Part shown: positions 31,658 to 42,515 of the stretch, piece after piece
Position numbering within the stretch: the stretch's first letter is position 1
Layout of the letters: each line of letters opens with the position of its first letter
Origin: Anaeromyxobacter sp.
GTDB taxonomy: Bacteria; Myxococcota; Myxococcia; Myxococcales; Anaeromyxobacteraceae
Length of the DNA stretch: 64,000 nucleotides
NCBI GenBank assembly: GCA_049840735.1
Contig: JASGJN010000023.1
Location: 32,001-96,000 of the forward strand
Reading direction: 5' to 3'
The notes under the pieces: model-generated
What the model was told of the DNA's origin: nothing
Databases searched by the model: none
What the model saw: the letters and a program-made list of their open reading frames with translations, nothing else
Program-made: the position numbers and the translations under genes

Positions 31658-32932
31658 TCACGGATCGCGGCCGTAGGCTCGGACGCCTGCGGCGAACCCG
31701 GCCGCGCCCACGGCCAGCAGCACCGCGCAGGGCGCCAAGAGCTGCGCGGGCGTGAAGCCGCGCCAGAGCGCCCCCTCGAGCGCCAGGATGCCCCAGCGGA
31801 CCGGGCTCACCACCGCCACGGTCTGCATCCACGCGGGCATGGCGAAGAGGGGCATCATGCCGCCGCCGATCATGGAGAGCGGGAGCATGACGGCCCAGCC
31901 CAGGCCCCCGGCCGACTGCTCGGTGCGGCCCAGCGTGGCCACCAGGATCATGATCCCCACGAAGCAGGCGGCCAGGCAGAGCGCCGACAGGGCCAGCAGC
32001 GTCCAGCTGGACGGGACCACGCCGAAGAAGAGGCGGCCCACCGCGAAGAGCAGCGCCTCCACGCCGGCGATGGTGAGGAAGCAGGCCAGCGCCTTGCCCA
32101 GCAGCACGTGGACCCGCCCGATGGGCGCGGTCTGGAGCCGGAGCAGCGTGCCGCGGGTGCGCTCGGTGACCAGCGAGAGCGCGAAGGTGAGGGCGGAGCC
32201 GATCACGCCCCAGATGACGCCCTGCGGGAACGTCAGGTCGAAGGCGCTGCGCGGCGCCTCCCCCTGCGCCTGCACGGCGCGGCGGGTGATGGAGACCGGC
32301 TTCCAGCCGCCGCCCTTCCCCTGCGGCTTCGCCGAGGGGCGCTCCAGGTAGGTCTTCACGTCCTCCAGGAACGCGCGGTTGGCGTCGCGCTCCTCGCCGG
32401 GCGGCGCCTGGTCGAGGTCGGAGAGCGCCTGGTCCACCAGCTTCCGCGACTGGTCGCGGTCGCCCAGGGCGTCCTGCATGCCCTGCATGGCGGCGCCGGT
32501 CAGGATGCCCTCCAGCATGGCCGCCTCGGCGGTCCGGCTGGGATCCACCGCCAGCTCGAGCTGGCGCGGCGCGCCGTAGAAGAGCCGCGCGTCGGCCGCG
32601 CCGTAGCCGGCCGGGATGATCACCGCGGCGGTCCGCTTGCCGGCCCGGACCAGCGCCTCGGCCTCCGCGCGCGGGGCGGCGCTGAGCTCCAGATCGGCGG
32701 AGGCGCGCAGCCGCTCCACCAGCCGGGCGGCGCCCGGCGAGCCGTCCTCGTCCACCACCACCACCGGGATGTGGCCCTTCTCGCCGGGGCCGCCGAACAG
32801 CATCCCGAAGAAGAGCGCCACCAGCACCGGCCAGCCCAGGGCGAAGAACAGGGCGCCGCGGTTGCGCGAGAGCAGGCGCAGGTCCTTGCGCGCCAGGGCC
32901 CAGACGGCCCGCGGGGTCGAGGGGGTGGCCAT
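31658..32932 (-). CDS. ABC-2 transporter permease
   Basis: KDLRLL..NR.ALFF; VVDEDGS; ERTRGTLLRL.TAPI; GKAL; PAWMQ..SPVRW. Confidence 0.9.
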   Translation of the reverse strand: MATPSTPRAVWALARKDLRLLSRNRGALFFALGWPVLVALFFGMLFGGPGEKGHIPVVVVDEDGSPGAARLVERLRASADLELSAAPRAEAEALVRAGKRTAAVIIPAGYGAADARLFYGAPRQLELAVDPSRTAEAAMLEGILTGAAMQGMQDALGDRDQSRKLVDQALSDLDQAPPGEERDANRAFLEDVKTYLERPSAKPQGKGGGWKPVSITRRAVQAQGEAPRSAFDLTFPQGVIWGVIGSALTFALSLVTERTRGTLLRLQTAPIGRVHVLLGKALACFLTIAGVEALLFAVGRLFFGVVPSSWTLLALSALCLAACFVGIMILVATLGRTEQSAGGLGWAVMLPLSMIGGGMMPLFAMPAWMQTVAVVSPVRWGILALEGALWRGFTPAQLLAPCAVLLAVGAAGFAAGVRAYGRDP

Positions 32933-33777
32933 CAGTCCCGGAGCCTCCGTCCGGTGAGGTGCAGGAAGACGCGCTCGAGGTCTGCGCGCTCCACGTGGAA
33001 GTCCTCCACCGGCCCCTGCCGCGCCAGGGTGGCCAGCGCCGCGACCGGATTGGCCGTGGTGACCCGCTGCTCGGCGCCGCCCACCAGCGCCACCAGCGTG
33101 GGGTCGCCGCCGTGCGCGCGGATCAGCTCGGGCACCGTGCCGAGCGCCAGCACGCGCCCGTGGTCCACCACCGCTACGCGGTCGCAGATGCGCGCCGCCT
33201 CCTCCATGTAGTGCGTGGTGTAGACCACCGTCCGGCCGGCGGCGCGCAGCGCCTGGATGCGCTCCAGGATGGCGTTGCGCGACTGCGGATTGACGCCGAC
33301 GGTGGGCTCGTCGAGCAGCACCAGCTCCGGGTCGTGCACCAGCGCGGCGGCCAGGTTGAGCCGGCGCTTCATGCCGCCGGAGAGGACCGCCACCGGATCG
33401 CGGCGCCGGTCCTCCAGCTGCGCGAAGTCGAGCGCCCAGGCCACGCGCTCGCGCAGCGCGGCCCCGGTGAGCCCCTGCACCTCGGCGAAGAAGCGCAGGT
33501 TCTCCTCCACGCCCAGCGTCTCGTAGAGCGCCAGCGCCTGCGGCGCCACGCCGAGCCGGGCGCGCACGGCCGGGTCGCGCGGCGAGCCCAGCCCGTCGAA
33601 GGTGACCTGGCCCTCGTCCGGCTCGAGCAGCCCGACCGCGAGGTGGACGGTGGTGGACTTGCCGGCGCCGTTGGGGCCCAGCAGGCCGAGGATCTCGCCG
33701 CGCCGCACCTCGAGCGAGAGGCCGTCCACGGCCACCCGCTCGCCGAACCGCTTGCGGACGCTGGTCAGGGTGAGCAC
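32932..33777 (-). CDS. ABC transporter ATP-binding protein
   Basis: GPNGAGKST, LSGGMKRR, LLDEPT, TTHYMEEA; GTG start. Confidence 0.93.
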   Translation of the reverse strand: MLTLTSVRKRFGERVAVDGLSLEVRRGEILGLLGPNGAGKSTTVHLAVGLLEPDEGQVTFDGLGSPRDPAVRARLGVAPQALALYETLGVEENLRFFAEVQGLTGAALRERVAWALDFAQLEDRRRDPVAVLSGGMKRRLNLAAALVHDPELVLLDEPTVGVNPQSRNAILERIQALRAAGRTVVYTTHYMEEAARICDRVAVVDHGRVLALGTVPELIRAHGGDPTLVALVGGAEQRVTTANPVAALATLARQGPVEDFHVERADLERVFLHLTGRRLRD

Positions 33778-33947
33778 CGGCGCATGGTAGCGGCGCGGGT
33801 GCGGAGCGCGAAGCGCGCTGTCGCCGCGGTGGCGGGTCAGGCGCCCGTGGGTCGGTCCGCCCCCGGGTGATGCGGCGCGCGCCCCGCATGGAGCCCGGAG
33901 GGGAGCGCAATCGCCCGGAATCGCGGAGGGCCCGGCCGGGTGCCGCG

Positions 33948-33963
33948 GGGAACGCGGCTTGCA
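33948..33963 (+). promoter_or_regulatory. Sigma54 (-24/-12) promoter candidate
   Basis: GGGAACGCGGCTTGCA vs consensus TGGCACG-N4-TTGCW, with exact GG-N10-GC spacing. Confidence 0.6.
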
Positions 33964-33993
33964 GCGAATGGGGGTATCCACGCAGCGGGCAGG

Positions 33994-35169
33994 TCAGCGC
34001 AGGCAACCAGCGGAGGGCGGGCCATGGGCAACGAGCGCGGAGCGGGCTGGCTCTCGGCCGACTCGGTCACCATCGGCGTGGCGCTGCTGATCCTGATCGC
34101 GATCGTGATCTGAGCGATCGCCTCCTGGGCTTCGACTGCGCGAGCCCTGCGGGCTCGCTACGCTCAGCCCGAACGGATCCGTGCCGGTTCGCTGGAGCGG
34201 ATTCCGGGTCCGTGTGCCGGGGCGGACAGCGGCCCGTTCGCCCTGAGCGTAGCCGCGGCAGCGCCGCGGCGGAGTCGAAGGGCAGGGATTCGACTTCCCC
34301 CAGAACGACCCTGCGCCGTGGGTGTCCTTGCGCAGGTCCATGCCGGGGTCGAGCTTCACGAACGAGCACATCTCGTTGAGCCGCGAGTAGATGCGGTCGC
34401 CCACGCGCTGGGCCAGCGTCATCGACTCGGCCTCGCGCTGGAACTCGGGCGAGCGCGTGTTCACCGAACGTCCAGGCTGCTCGGGGCGGACGGTGGGCTC
34501 GAGGAAGTAGTTGGTGGCGAAGAGCGTGGCCAGCCCGGAGTTGAAGCGCCGGCTGATCAGCTCGTCGAGCATGGAGCGCTCCCACTCGGTGCCGCGCTCC
34601 TTGCCCAGCTCGTCGATGGCCAGCACCGGGACCGACAAGAGCGGCCGCAGGATGTCCATGTGGCTGCGGTTGGCGTCGAAGCCGGCCTTGATCTCCGAGA
34701 GCAGCAGCATGAACTCGACGTACCGGCCGGCCACGCCCTTCTCCAGGGCCAGCCAGCGGAGCGAGGCCACCAGCAGGTGGGTCTTGCCGGCGCCGGGCTT
34801 GCCGTAGAGCAGGAAGCCCTTGGTGGGCGCGTCCTTGCGGAACTTCCGGGCGAAGTCCTCGGCCACCATCTTGGCGCGGGTGTGGTCGGGCGACCAGCCC
34901 TTGAAGGTCTCGAAGGAGGCGCGGGCCACCGCGGCCGGGATGCCGATCTGGTTGAAGACGGCGATGCGCTCGTCGAGGTGCCGGCAGGAGCAGACCTGCG
35001 CCACCATGGCGCCGCCGGACGGGACCAGCGTGTAGCCGGTCTCGCCGCAGCGCGGGCAGGCGGCCTGACAGGCGCAGCGCCGGGCGCGGGCGGTCGCGCC
35101 GAGCACCTGCTCGACGGCGTAGCCGCTGCCGCCGCACTCGGCGCAGGCGCTGTCGGGGGTCGGGCTCAT
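33994..35169 (-). CDS. DnaC/DnaI/IstB-like AAA+ ATPase with N-terminal Cys-rich Zn-binding region (true end probably ~34290)
   Basis: CAECGGSG..CAC, CPRCGETG..CSC; GKPGAGKTHL; LAIDELG; RFN..TLFATN; RIYSRLNEMC; tail after FWGK runs through repeats. Confidence 0.85.
   Translation of the reverse strand: MSPTPDSACAECGGSGYAVEQVLGATARARRCACQAACPRCGETGYTLVPSGGAMVAQVCSCRHLDERIAVFNQIGIPAAVARASFETFKGWSPDHTRAKMVAEDFARKFRKDAPTKGFLLYGKPGAGKTHLLVASLRWLALEKGVAGRYVEFMLLLSEIKAGFDANRSHMDILRPLLSVPVLAIDELGKERGTEWERSMLDELISRRFNSGLATLFATNYFLEPTVRPEQPGRSVNTRSPEFQREAESMTLAQRVGDRIYSRLNEMCSFVKLDPGMDLRKDTHGAGSFWGKSNPCPSTPPRRCRGYAQGERAAVRPGTRTRNPLQRTGTDPFGLSVASPQGSRSRSPGGDRSDHDRDQDQQRHADGDRVGREPARSALVAHGPPSAGCLR
34024..34113 (+). 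CDS. Unannotated 29-aa membrane peptide MGNERGAGWLSADSVTIGVALLILIAIVI
   Basis: GGAGG RBS 8 nt upstream; nearly all codons end in G/C; one hydrophobic helix; below the ORF-track cutoff. Confidence 0.6.
   Translation: MGNERGAGWLSADSVTIGVALLILIAIVI
34127..34282. repeat. Inverted pair of structured REP-like elements (copies 3-4)
   Basis: 34127-34176 forward, 34234-34282 reverse; tails CGAACGG/CCGTTCG face each other. Confidence 0.85.
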
Positions 35170-35182
35170 GAGGCGCGGGAGT

Positions 35183-35851
35183 CTACACCGAACCGCGCAG
35201 GCAGGTCAGGCCGGCCCGGCGGGCCAGGTCGGACAGGTGGGCCCGCAGGGCCTCCCGGTGGGCGCGCCTGCTCTCCCCGCGCCGGCGCGCGCCGGTCAGG
35301 GCGCGAAGCTGCGGACCCAGCGCCGCGCGCTCGGCCCGCGGCAGCGCGCCGACCCAGCCCGCCAGGAGCCGCGCGTCGGCGGCGGCCAGCGCGCGCTCCA
35401 GCTGCTCGAGCGGCGAGCCGGGCAGCGCGGTGGCGCCCTCCAGCACCCGCTGCGCGGCCACGTAGCTGCCCGCCAGCGCCTCCGGCGCGGTCTGCGCGGC
35501 CCCGGCCAGCAGCCGCAGCGCGTGCCCCAGCCGCTCGCGGGCCGCGCCCGCCTCGCCCGGCGGCGCCGGCGACTCGCCCACGCGCGCGCTGCGGTAGGCG
35601 CGCCACTCGTCCTCGACCGCCAGCCGCACCGCGCGCAGCGACCGCGGCGGTCCGCGCCGCGCCGCGGCCAGCTCCTCCGCGCCGCGCTTCATGCCGCGGC
35701 ACACCACCGCCACCGGCAGGCCGCGCCGCTCCCACCCGGCCACCAGCTCCTGGTCGAGCGGCGAGAGCAGGAGCCCCGTCCCGCGCAGCGCCAGGAAGTA
35801 CTCGGCCACCACCGCCTGGTAGTGGACGCTGTCGTGGGGGAGGTCGGACAC
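35183..35851 (-). CDS. Hypothetical protein with a DnaD-like (DDBH2) N-terminal motif
   Basis: EYF..LRG..LLLSPLDQELVAGWERRGLPVAVVCRGM; 13 bp upstream of the ATPase. Confidence 0.65.
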   Translation of the reverse strand: MSDLPHDSVHYQAVVAEYFLALRGTGLLLSPLDQELVAGWERRGLPVAVVCRGMKRGAEELAAARRGPPRSLRAVRLAVEDEWRAYRSARVGESPAPPGEAGAARERLGHALRLLAGAAQTAPEALAGSYVAAQRVLEGATALPGSPLEQLERALAAADARLLAGWVGALPRAERAALGPQLRALTGARRRGESRRAHREALRAHLSDLARRAGLTCLRGSV

Positions 35852-35921
35852 GGGCGAGACTGTAGCGCGGGGGTCTGATCGGGCCTCAGGCTTCAGGCCT
35901 CAGGAGAGGCGGCCCCGCCGA

Positions 35922-36980
35922 TCACGGCGCGCTGGCCCGCAGGCTCTCCAGCACCTCGCCGGCCGTCTGCGGGCGGCGGGCCGGGTCCTTCTCCAGCAGC
36001 CGCGCCGTCAGCACCGCCAGCCCCGGGTCCACGCCCGGGTTGACCAGCGCCAGCGGAGGTGGGCGCACGTGCAGGATCTCGCGCCAGAGCGCCACCGGAT
36101 CGCGCGCGACGAAGGGCGGCGTGCCGGAGAGCAGCTCGTAGAGGATCACGCCCAGGCTGTAGAGGTCGCTGCGCCCGTCCACCGGGTGGCCCTGCGCCTG
36201 CTCCGGCGACATGTAGCGGTAGGTGCCGACGATGCGGCCGGTCTGGGTGAGCACCTCGTCCGGCGCGTCGCCCTCCGAGGCCTTCACCAGGCCGAAGTCC
36301 ATGATGCGCGCCCGGCGCAGGTCGTCGACCATGATGTTGGACGGCTTCAGATCGCGGTGCACCAGCCCGCGGCCGTGCAGGTAGCCGAGCGCGTCCACCA
36401 CCTGCGACAGCGCGGTGCGCAGCCTCGCGATGCGCGCCGGGCGGTTGAGCGCCTCCAGCGCCTCCGCGGCCAGGTGCAGCGGCTCGGCCGGCCCGGCGTC
36501 GGGGTCGTCCCCGGTCCCGGGCGCGGCGGCGAAGCGGACCTCCTCGGTCTCCGGCTCGTCCATCATGGCGGCGAGCGCGCGGATGGCCTCCGGCCCGGGC
36601 TCGCCGGTGCTGCCGGAGAGGTCCGGGCCGGTGGGCGCCTCGTCGGGCGGGAGCGCCACCGGGGCCGTCTCGTCCAGCGCCGGGGAGAGATAGGCGCGCA
36701 GGTCCAGCCCCTCCACCAGCTCCATGGCCAGGTAGGAGTAGCCCTCGGCCACGCCCGCCTCCAGCACGTGGACCACGTAAGGGTGGTCGAGCGTCCGCAG
36801 CACCTCGTACTCGCGCGCCAGCCGCCGGGCCGCGGTCGCTTCCATGGCGGGGGCGGGCCCCAGCACCTTCACGGCCGCCAGCGCGCCGGTCACCTGGTGG
36901 CGCGCGCGGTAGACGGTCCCGATCCCCCCGCGACCGATGACGGAGAGGATGGTGAAGGGACCGACGCGCTGAGGAGGCAC
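35922..36980 (-). CDS. Hanks-type Ser/Thr protein kinase
   Basis: GRGGIGTVY, AVKVL, HRDLKPSN, DFG, GTYRYMSPE, SDLYSLG. Confidence 0.93.
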   Translation of the reverse strand: MPPQRVGPFTILSVIGRGGIGTVYRARHQVTGALAAVKVLGPAPAMEATAARRLAREYEVLRTLDHPYVVHVLEAGVAEGYSYLAMELVEGLDLRAYLSPALDETAPVALPPDEAPTGPDLSGSTGEPGPEAIRALAAMMDEPETEEVRFAAAPGTGDDPDAGPAEPLHLAAEALEALNRPARIARLRTALSQVVDALGYLHGRGLVHRDLKPSNIMVDDLRRARIMDFGLVKASEGDAPDEVLTQTGRIVGTYRYMSPEQAQGHPVDGRSDLYSLGVILYELLSGTPPFVARDPVALWREILHVRPPPLALVNPGVDPGLAVLTARLLEKDPARRPQTAGEVLESLRASAP

Positions 36981-37115
36981 GGGAAACGAGGATACGGGGC
37001 CCGGCGTGAGGGGTCAAACCTGCGAACCGCGTCCGCTTTTGCCTCGGCCGCCCCGCTCGCGGGTTCGCCCCGATCGGGCGCTCCGCCGGGCGCCGGCGTG
37101 CTATAAGCCCGCGCG

Positions 37116-37871
37116 ATGGCAGGCCCAGGGAACCCGCACGAAGACCTCGAGGCGCGCGTCAAGTCGCGCCCGCTGCCGAGGCACGTGGCCATCATCATGG
37201 ACGGCAACGGCCGCTGGGCCGAGCTGCGCGGCCGGACCCGCGTCGAGGGGCACCGCGAGGGCTCCGAGTCGGTGCGGGCGGTCACGCGCACCGCCCGCCG
37301 CGTGGGGCTCAAGGCGCTCACCCTGTACGCGTTCAGCGCCGAGAACTGGGGCCGCCCCAGCCTCGAGGTGAAGGCGCTGATGGACCTGCTCTCCGAGTAC
37401 CTCGACTCGGAGCGGCAGGAGATGATGGAGAACGGCATCCGGCTCAACGCCATCGGCGAGCTGGACCGGCTGCCGCGCGGCGTGGCCGACCGGCTGGCGC
37501 GCGGGCGCGCCGAGACGGCGCGCAACGGCGAGATGGTGCTCACCCTGGCGCTCTCCTACGGCGGGCGGCAGGAGCTGGTGGCGGCGGCCCGGGCCGCAGC
37601 CGCGGCGCGGGGGCCGGCGCTGGACGCGGGGGACCTCGAGGCCAGGCTCTGGACGGCCGGGCTGCCCGAGCTGGACCTGCTGATCCGCACCAGCGGCGAG
37701 CGGCGCATCTCCAACTTCCTGCTCTGGCAGGCCGCGTACGCCGAGCTGCACTTCTCCGACGTGCTGTGGCCCGACTTCCGCGACCGGGAGCTGCTGCTCG
37801 CCCTGGAGGACTTCCAGGGGCGGCAGCGCCGCTTCGGCCTCACCGGCGCGCAGGTCACCGGGCCGCGCTGA
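37116..37871 (+). CDS. uppS: Undecaprenyl diphosphate synthase
   Basis: HVAIIMDGNGRWA, YAFSAENW, IRTSGERRISNFLLWQ. Confidence 0.97.
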   Translation: MAGPGNPHEDLEARVKSRPLPRHVAIIMDGNGRWAELRGRTRVEGHREGSESVRAVTRTARRVGLKALTLYAFSAENWGRPSLEVKALMDLLSEYLDSERQEMMENGIRLNAIGELDRLPRGVADRLARGRAETARNGEMVLTLALSYGGRQELVAAARAAAAARGPALDAGDLEARLWTAGLPELDLLIRTSGERRISNFLLWQAAYAELHFSDVLWPDFRDRELLLALEDFQGRQRRFGLTGAQVTGPR

Positions 37872-37880
37872 GAGGGACCT

Positions 37881-38718
37881 TTGGGCGCACTCGACCCCAA
37901 GAACCGCAGCAACCTGGCGCTCCGCGTCGTCTCCGGCCTGGTGCTCTTCCCGCTGGCCGTCTGGCTGACGATTCGAGGGCGGGCTGCCCTTCGCCATTCT
38001 GGCCGGCGTGGCCGGCGCCATCGCCGCCAGCGAGCTCATCCTCATGTTCAGCGCGCCCGGGCCGGGCGAGGTGCTGGGCGTCGGGGTGGCCGGGGCCATC
38101 CCGCTGGTGGCGGCCTTCGCCGAGCGCGGCGTGCTCCTGCCGGGCTGGGCGCCGCTGGCGCTGGCCTGCGCCACGGTGGTGCTGCTGGGGGTGGTGCTCT
38201 TCCGCGACGCGCCGCTGGAGCAGGCGCCGCGCTCCATCGCCGGCGTGTCGCTGGCGTGGCTCTACTGCGGCCTCCTGCTGGCCACGCTGGTGGGGCTGCG
38301 CTCCTACGGCGTGGGCTGGGTGATCCTGGCCTTCGTGGCCACCTGGGCCAACGACACCTTCGCCTACTTCGCCGGCCACGCCTTCGGCCGCCACAAGCTG
38401 TTCGAGCGCATCTCGCCCAAGAAGACCTGGGAGGGCTTCGCGGGCGGCGCGGCCGGCTCGGTGGTGGGCGCGCTGGTGACGCGGCTGCTCTTCCCGGAGC
38501 TGGCGGTCATCTCGGTGCCGGCGGCGGTGGTGATCGGCGCCGGCGCGGCGGTGCTCGGCCCCATGGGCGACCTGGCCGAGTCGATGGTGAAGCGCGCGGC
38601 GGGCGTGAAGGACTCCGGCAAGATCATCCCCGGCCACGGCGGCCTGCTGGACCGGATCGACGCGCTGCTCTTCGTCTCGCCCTGGGTCTACCTCTGCGCT
38701 GCCCACCTGGCCCGCTGA
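37881..38718 (+). CDS. cdsA: Phosphatidate cytidylyltransferase (apparent +1 frameshift at ~37972)
   Basis: NLALRVVSG N-terminus in one frame; WANDTFAYFAG, ISPKKTWEG, KDSGKIIPGHGGLLDRID in another; GATTCGAG->GATCGAG restores a continuous frame. Confidence 0.92.
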
Positions 38719-38761
38719 CCCGGGGCGGCGCCGCGGGCCCGCCCGTGCTAGGAATCCACCC

Positions 38762-39934
<1,173 letters not shown>

Positions 39935-39943
39935 GTCAAGCGG

Positions 39944-41617
39944 ATGCCGCCCGCGCTCGTCCAAGGGGTCGCCATCATCGTCCTGCTGGGCGGGCTCATC
40001 TTCGTCCACGAGCTGGGCCACTTCCTGGCCGCCAAGCTCATGGGCGTGAAGGTGCTCCGCTTCTCCATCGGCTTCGGCTCGCGGCTCTTCGGCTGGAAGC
40101 GCGGGGAGACCGAGTACTGGCTCTCGGTGCTGCCGCTGGGCGGCTACGTGAAGATGCTGGGCCAGGACGACCCGCACGCCGAGATCGCGCCGGAGGACCG
40201 CGGGCGCAGCTTCTGGGAGCAGCGCCCCTGGCGGCGGCTGGTGATCCTGCTGGCGGGGCCGGGCATGAACCTGCTCCTGCCCATCGCGCTGCTCACCGCC
40301 ATCTACTACGCGCAGAACGGGGAGCCGACGGAGGGGGCCACCATCGGCACGGTCCAGTCCGGCTCGCCGGCCGAGCAGGCGGGCCTCTTGCCGGGCGATC
40401 GGATCGTCTCCATCACGGCGCCGGACGGCACGGTGCGCGAGGTCCGCGAGTTCGACCACCTGTACAAGGTGGTCGGGCCCTGGCCGGCGCAGCAGCTGGT
40501 CTTCCAGATCGATCGCCCGGGGAAGGCGCTCCTCTCGATCCCGGTCACGCCGCGGACCGTGGAGCAGGAGGGGTTCCTCGAGAAGATCACGCGCGGCGTG
40601 GTCGGCATCACGCCCTACTACCCGGCCGCGCGCGTCGCGCCGGGGACGCCCGGCGCCGCGGGGCCGCTGCGCCCGTTCGACCTGGTGGTCGCCGCCGGCG
40701 GGCGGCCGGTGAAGAACGGCGTCGAGCTGGAGCGGCGGGTGGCCGAGGCGGCCTGCGCCCCGCTGGATCTCGAGGTGGTGCGCGACGCCGCCGTGTCGCT
40801 GCCCGGCGCGGCGGTGCGCTCGCTGGAGCGGGTGGCCCTGCCGGCGGTGCCCACCTGCGCCGGCGGCCGGCCCACCTTCCTGCTCACCGATCCCTACCTG
40901 CGGGCCTTCGTGGGCGGGGTCACGCCAGGCTCGTCGGCCGATCGGGCCGGGCTGCACCGCGGCGATCTCATCACGGCCGTGAACGGCAAGCCGGTCCGGA
41001 GCTGGTTCGATCTCCTGGCCCTGCAGCTGAACATCGGCGAGACGGCGACGCTGGCGCTGGGCGACGGACGGACGGTCCAGCTGGTCGTGCAGACCATGAC
41101 CGTGGTGGACGAGCTCTCGCTCCGGGAGGTCGCCCAGCCGGACACCGGCTTCTGGGTGGATCCGAGCTTCGACGTGAAGCCGCGCAGCCTGCGCGCCGCC
41201 GAGCTGCCGCTGATGGAGCCCCTGTCCGAGGCCGTGGTCGACGCCTGGAACAAGCTGGTGCAGCTGACCGGGATCACCTTCCGGTCCATCGTCGGGCTCT
41301 TCACGCGCGAGGTCAGCACCAAGCACCTCGGCAGCGTCCTCTCGCTTGCGAGCATGGCGGCGCAGGCGGCGGAGCAGGGCCTCTCGGAGTTCCTGGGGAC
41401 CATGGCCATCATCAGCATCAACCTGGGGCTCATGAACCTGCTGCCGGTCCCCGGCCTCGACGGCGGCAACATCGCCCAGTCGCTGTTCGAGTCCATCACC
41501 CGCCGGCCGCTCTCGCCGCGGGCCCGCAGCTACGCCCAGGTGGTCGGCTTCGTCCTGGTGGTCGCGCTGATGATCCTGGCCCTCAGCAACGACGTCATGC
41601 GCAAGCTGGGCCGCTAG
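39944..41617 (+). CDS. rseP: RIP metalloprotease RseP (M50, PDZ domains)
   Basis: HELGH, FSIGFG, LGGYVKM, AGPGMN, NLLPVPGLDGG; follows dxr. Confidence 0.95.
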   Translation: MPPALVQGVAIIVLLGGLIFVHELGHFLAAKLMGVKVLRFSIGFGSRLFGWKRGETEYWLSVLPLGGYVKMLGQDDPHAEIAPEDRGRSFWEQRPWRRLVILLAGPGMNLLLPIALLTAIYYAQNGEPTEGATIGTVQSGSPAEQAGLLPGDRIVSITAPDGTVREVREFDHLYKVVGPWPAQQLVFQIDRPGKALLSIPVTPRTVEQEGFLEKITRGVVGITPYYPAARVAPGTPGAAGPLRPFDLVVAAGGRPVKNGVELERRVAEAACAPLDLEVVRDAAVSLPGAAVRSLERVALPAVPTCAGGRPTFLLTDPYLRAFVGGVTPGSSADRAGLHRGDLITAVNGKPVRSWFDLLALQLNIGETATLALGDGRTVQLVVQTMTVVDELSLREVAQPDTGFWVDPSFDVKPRSLRAAELPLMEPLSEAVVDAWNKLVQLTGITFRSIVGLFTREVSTKHLGSVLSLASMAAQAAEQGLSEFLGTMAIISINLGLMNLLPVPGLDGGNIAQSLFESITRRPLSPRARSYAQVVGFVLVVALMILALSNDVMRKLGR

Positions 41618-41633
41618 CGCGCCCGAGGTCTCC

Positions 41634-42398
41634 GTGCTCGTCGCCGCCCTCGACACCGCCACCCTGACCCTCTCCTGCGCGCTGGTCGACCTCGCGCCGG
41701 GGCGCGCGCCGCAGGTGCGCTGCGAGCGGACCGAGCGCGCCGGCGCCAAGGTCACGCCGGGCGCGCCGCCGGCCGGCCACGGCGGGCGGCTCCCCGGGGC
41801 GCTCTCCGACCTGCTCGCCGCCGAGGGGCTGAAGCTCTCCGACGTCGAGGGCTACGCCATCGGCATCGGCCCGGGCTCCTTCACCGGGCTGCGCATCGGG
41901 CTGGCCACGTGGAAGGGGCTGGCCTACGCCGGCAAGCGCCCCATCGCCGGCGCCTCCAGCCTGGCCGCCATGGCGCTGGCCGCGGTCCCAGCCGCGCCGG
42001 CCGGCGCGCTGCTGGTGCCGCTGCTCGACGCGCGCAAGGGCGAGGTCTACGCCGGCTTCTACCGCGTCGAGGGCGAGGCGGTGGTCCCGGTCGCGCCGGA
42101 GGCGGCGCTCCCGCCGGCGGCGCTGGCCGACCACCTGGCGCCGCTCTCCGGCCAGGCGCTGGCCTTCGGCGAGGGGTTCGAGGTCTACCAGGCGGCGCTG
42201 GCCGGCGTCTCGCGGCTCGCCACGCCGGTGGAGGTCCCGGGCGCGGCCGCGGTGGCGGCGCTGGCCGCGGGCCGCCTGCTGGGCGCGGCCTACGATGCCC
42301 AGGCCGTCTTCGCGCTCGAGCCGCACTACGTCCGCAAGAGCGAGGCCGAGGTGAAGTTCCCGCACGGCCTGGGGCCGGGGGCGGATCCGAAGCCCTGA
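41634..42398 (+). CDS. tsaB: tRNA threonylcarbamoyladenosine biosynthesis protein TsaB
   Basis: ALDTAT, GPGSFTGLRIG, DARKGEVY, LEPHYVR. Confidence 0.93.
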   Translation: MLVAALDTATLTLSCALVDLAPGRAPQVRCERTERAGAKVTPGAPPAGHGGRLPGALSDLLAAEGLKLSDVEGYAIGIGPGSFTGLRIGLATWKGLAYAGKRPIAGASSLAAMALAAVPAAPAGALLVPLLDARKGEVYAGFYRVEGEAVVPVAPEAALPPAALADHLAPLSGQALAFGEGFEVYQAALAGVSRLATPVEVPGAAAVAALAAGRLLGAAYDAQAVFALEPHYVRKSEAEVKFPHGLGPGADPKP

Positions 42399-42423
42399 CG
42401 AGGCGCCGACGCCCAACCGGTTT

Positions 42424-42472
42424 CCGTTCGCCCTGAGCGTAGCGCCCGCGTAGCGGGCGCGGAGTCGAAGGG
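42424..42472 (-). repeat. Structured REP-like element, copy 5
   Basis: CCGTTC-GCCC-TGAGCGTA-GCGCCCGC-GTA-GCGGGCGC-GGAGTCGAA-GGGC. Confidence 0.85.
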
Positions 42473-42515
42473 CAGGCGGCCTCGAGGGCGGAACGGCGCA
42501 GCACGGAGGTCTCGC

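Noticed and set aside
33994..35169. IstB-like ATPase as part of an IS21 or prophage
   Set aside because: No adjacent istA, terminal repeats or phage genes; host-like codon usage and a Zn-finger N-terminus
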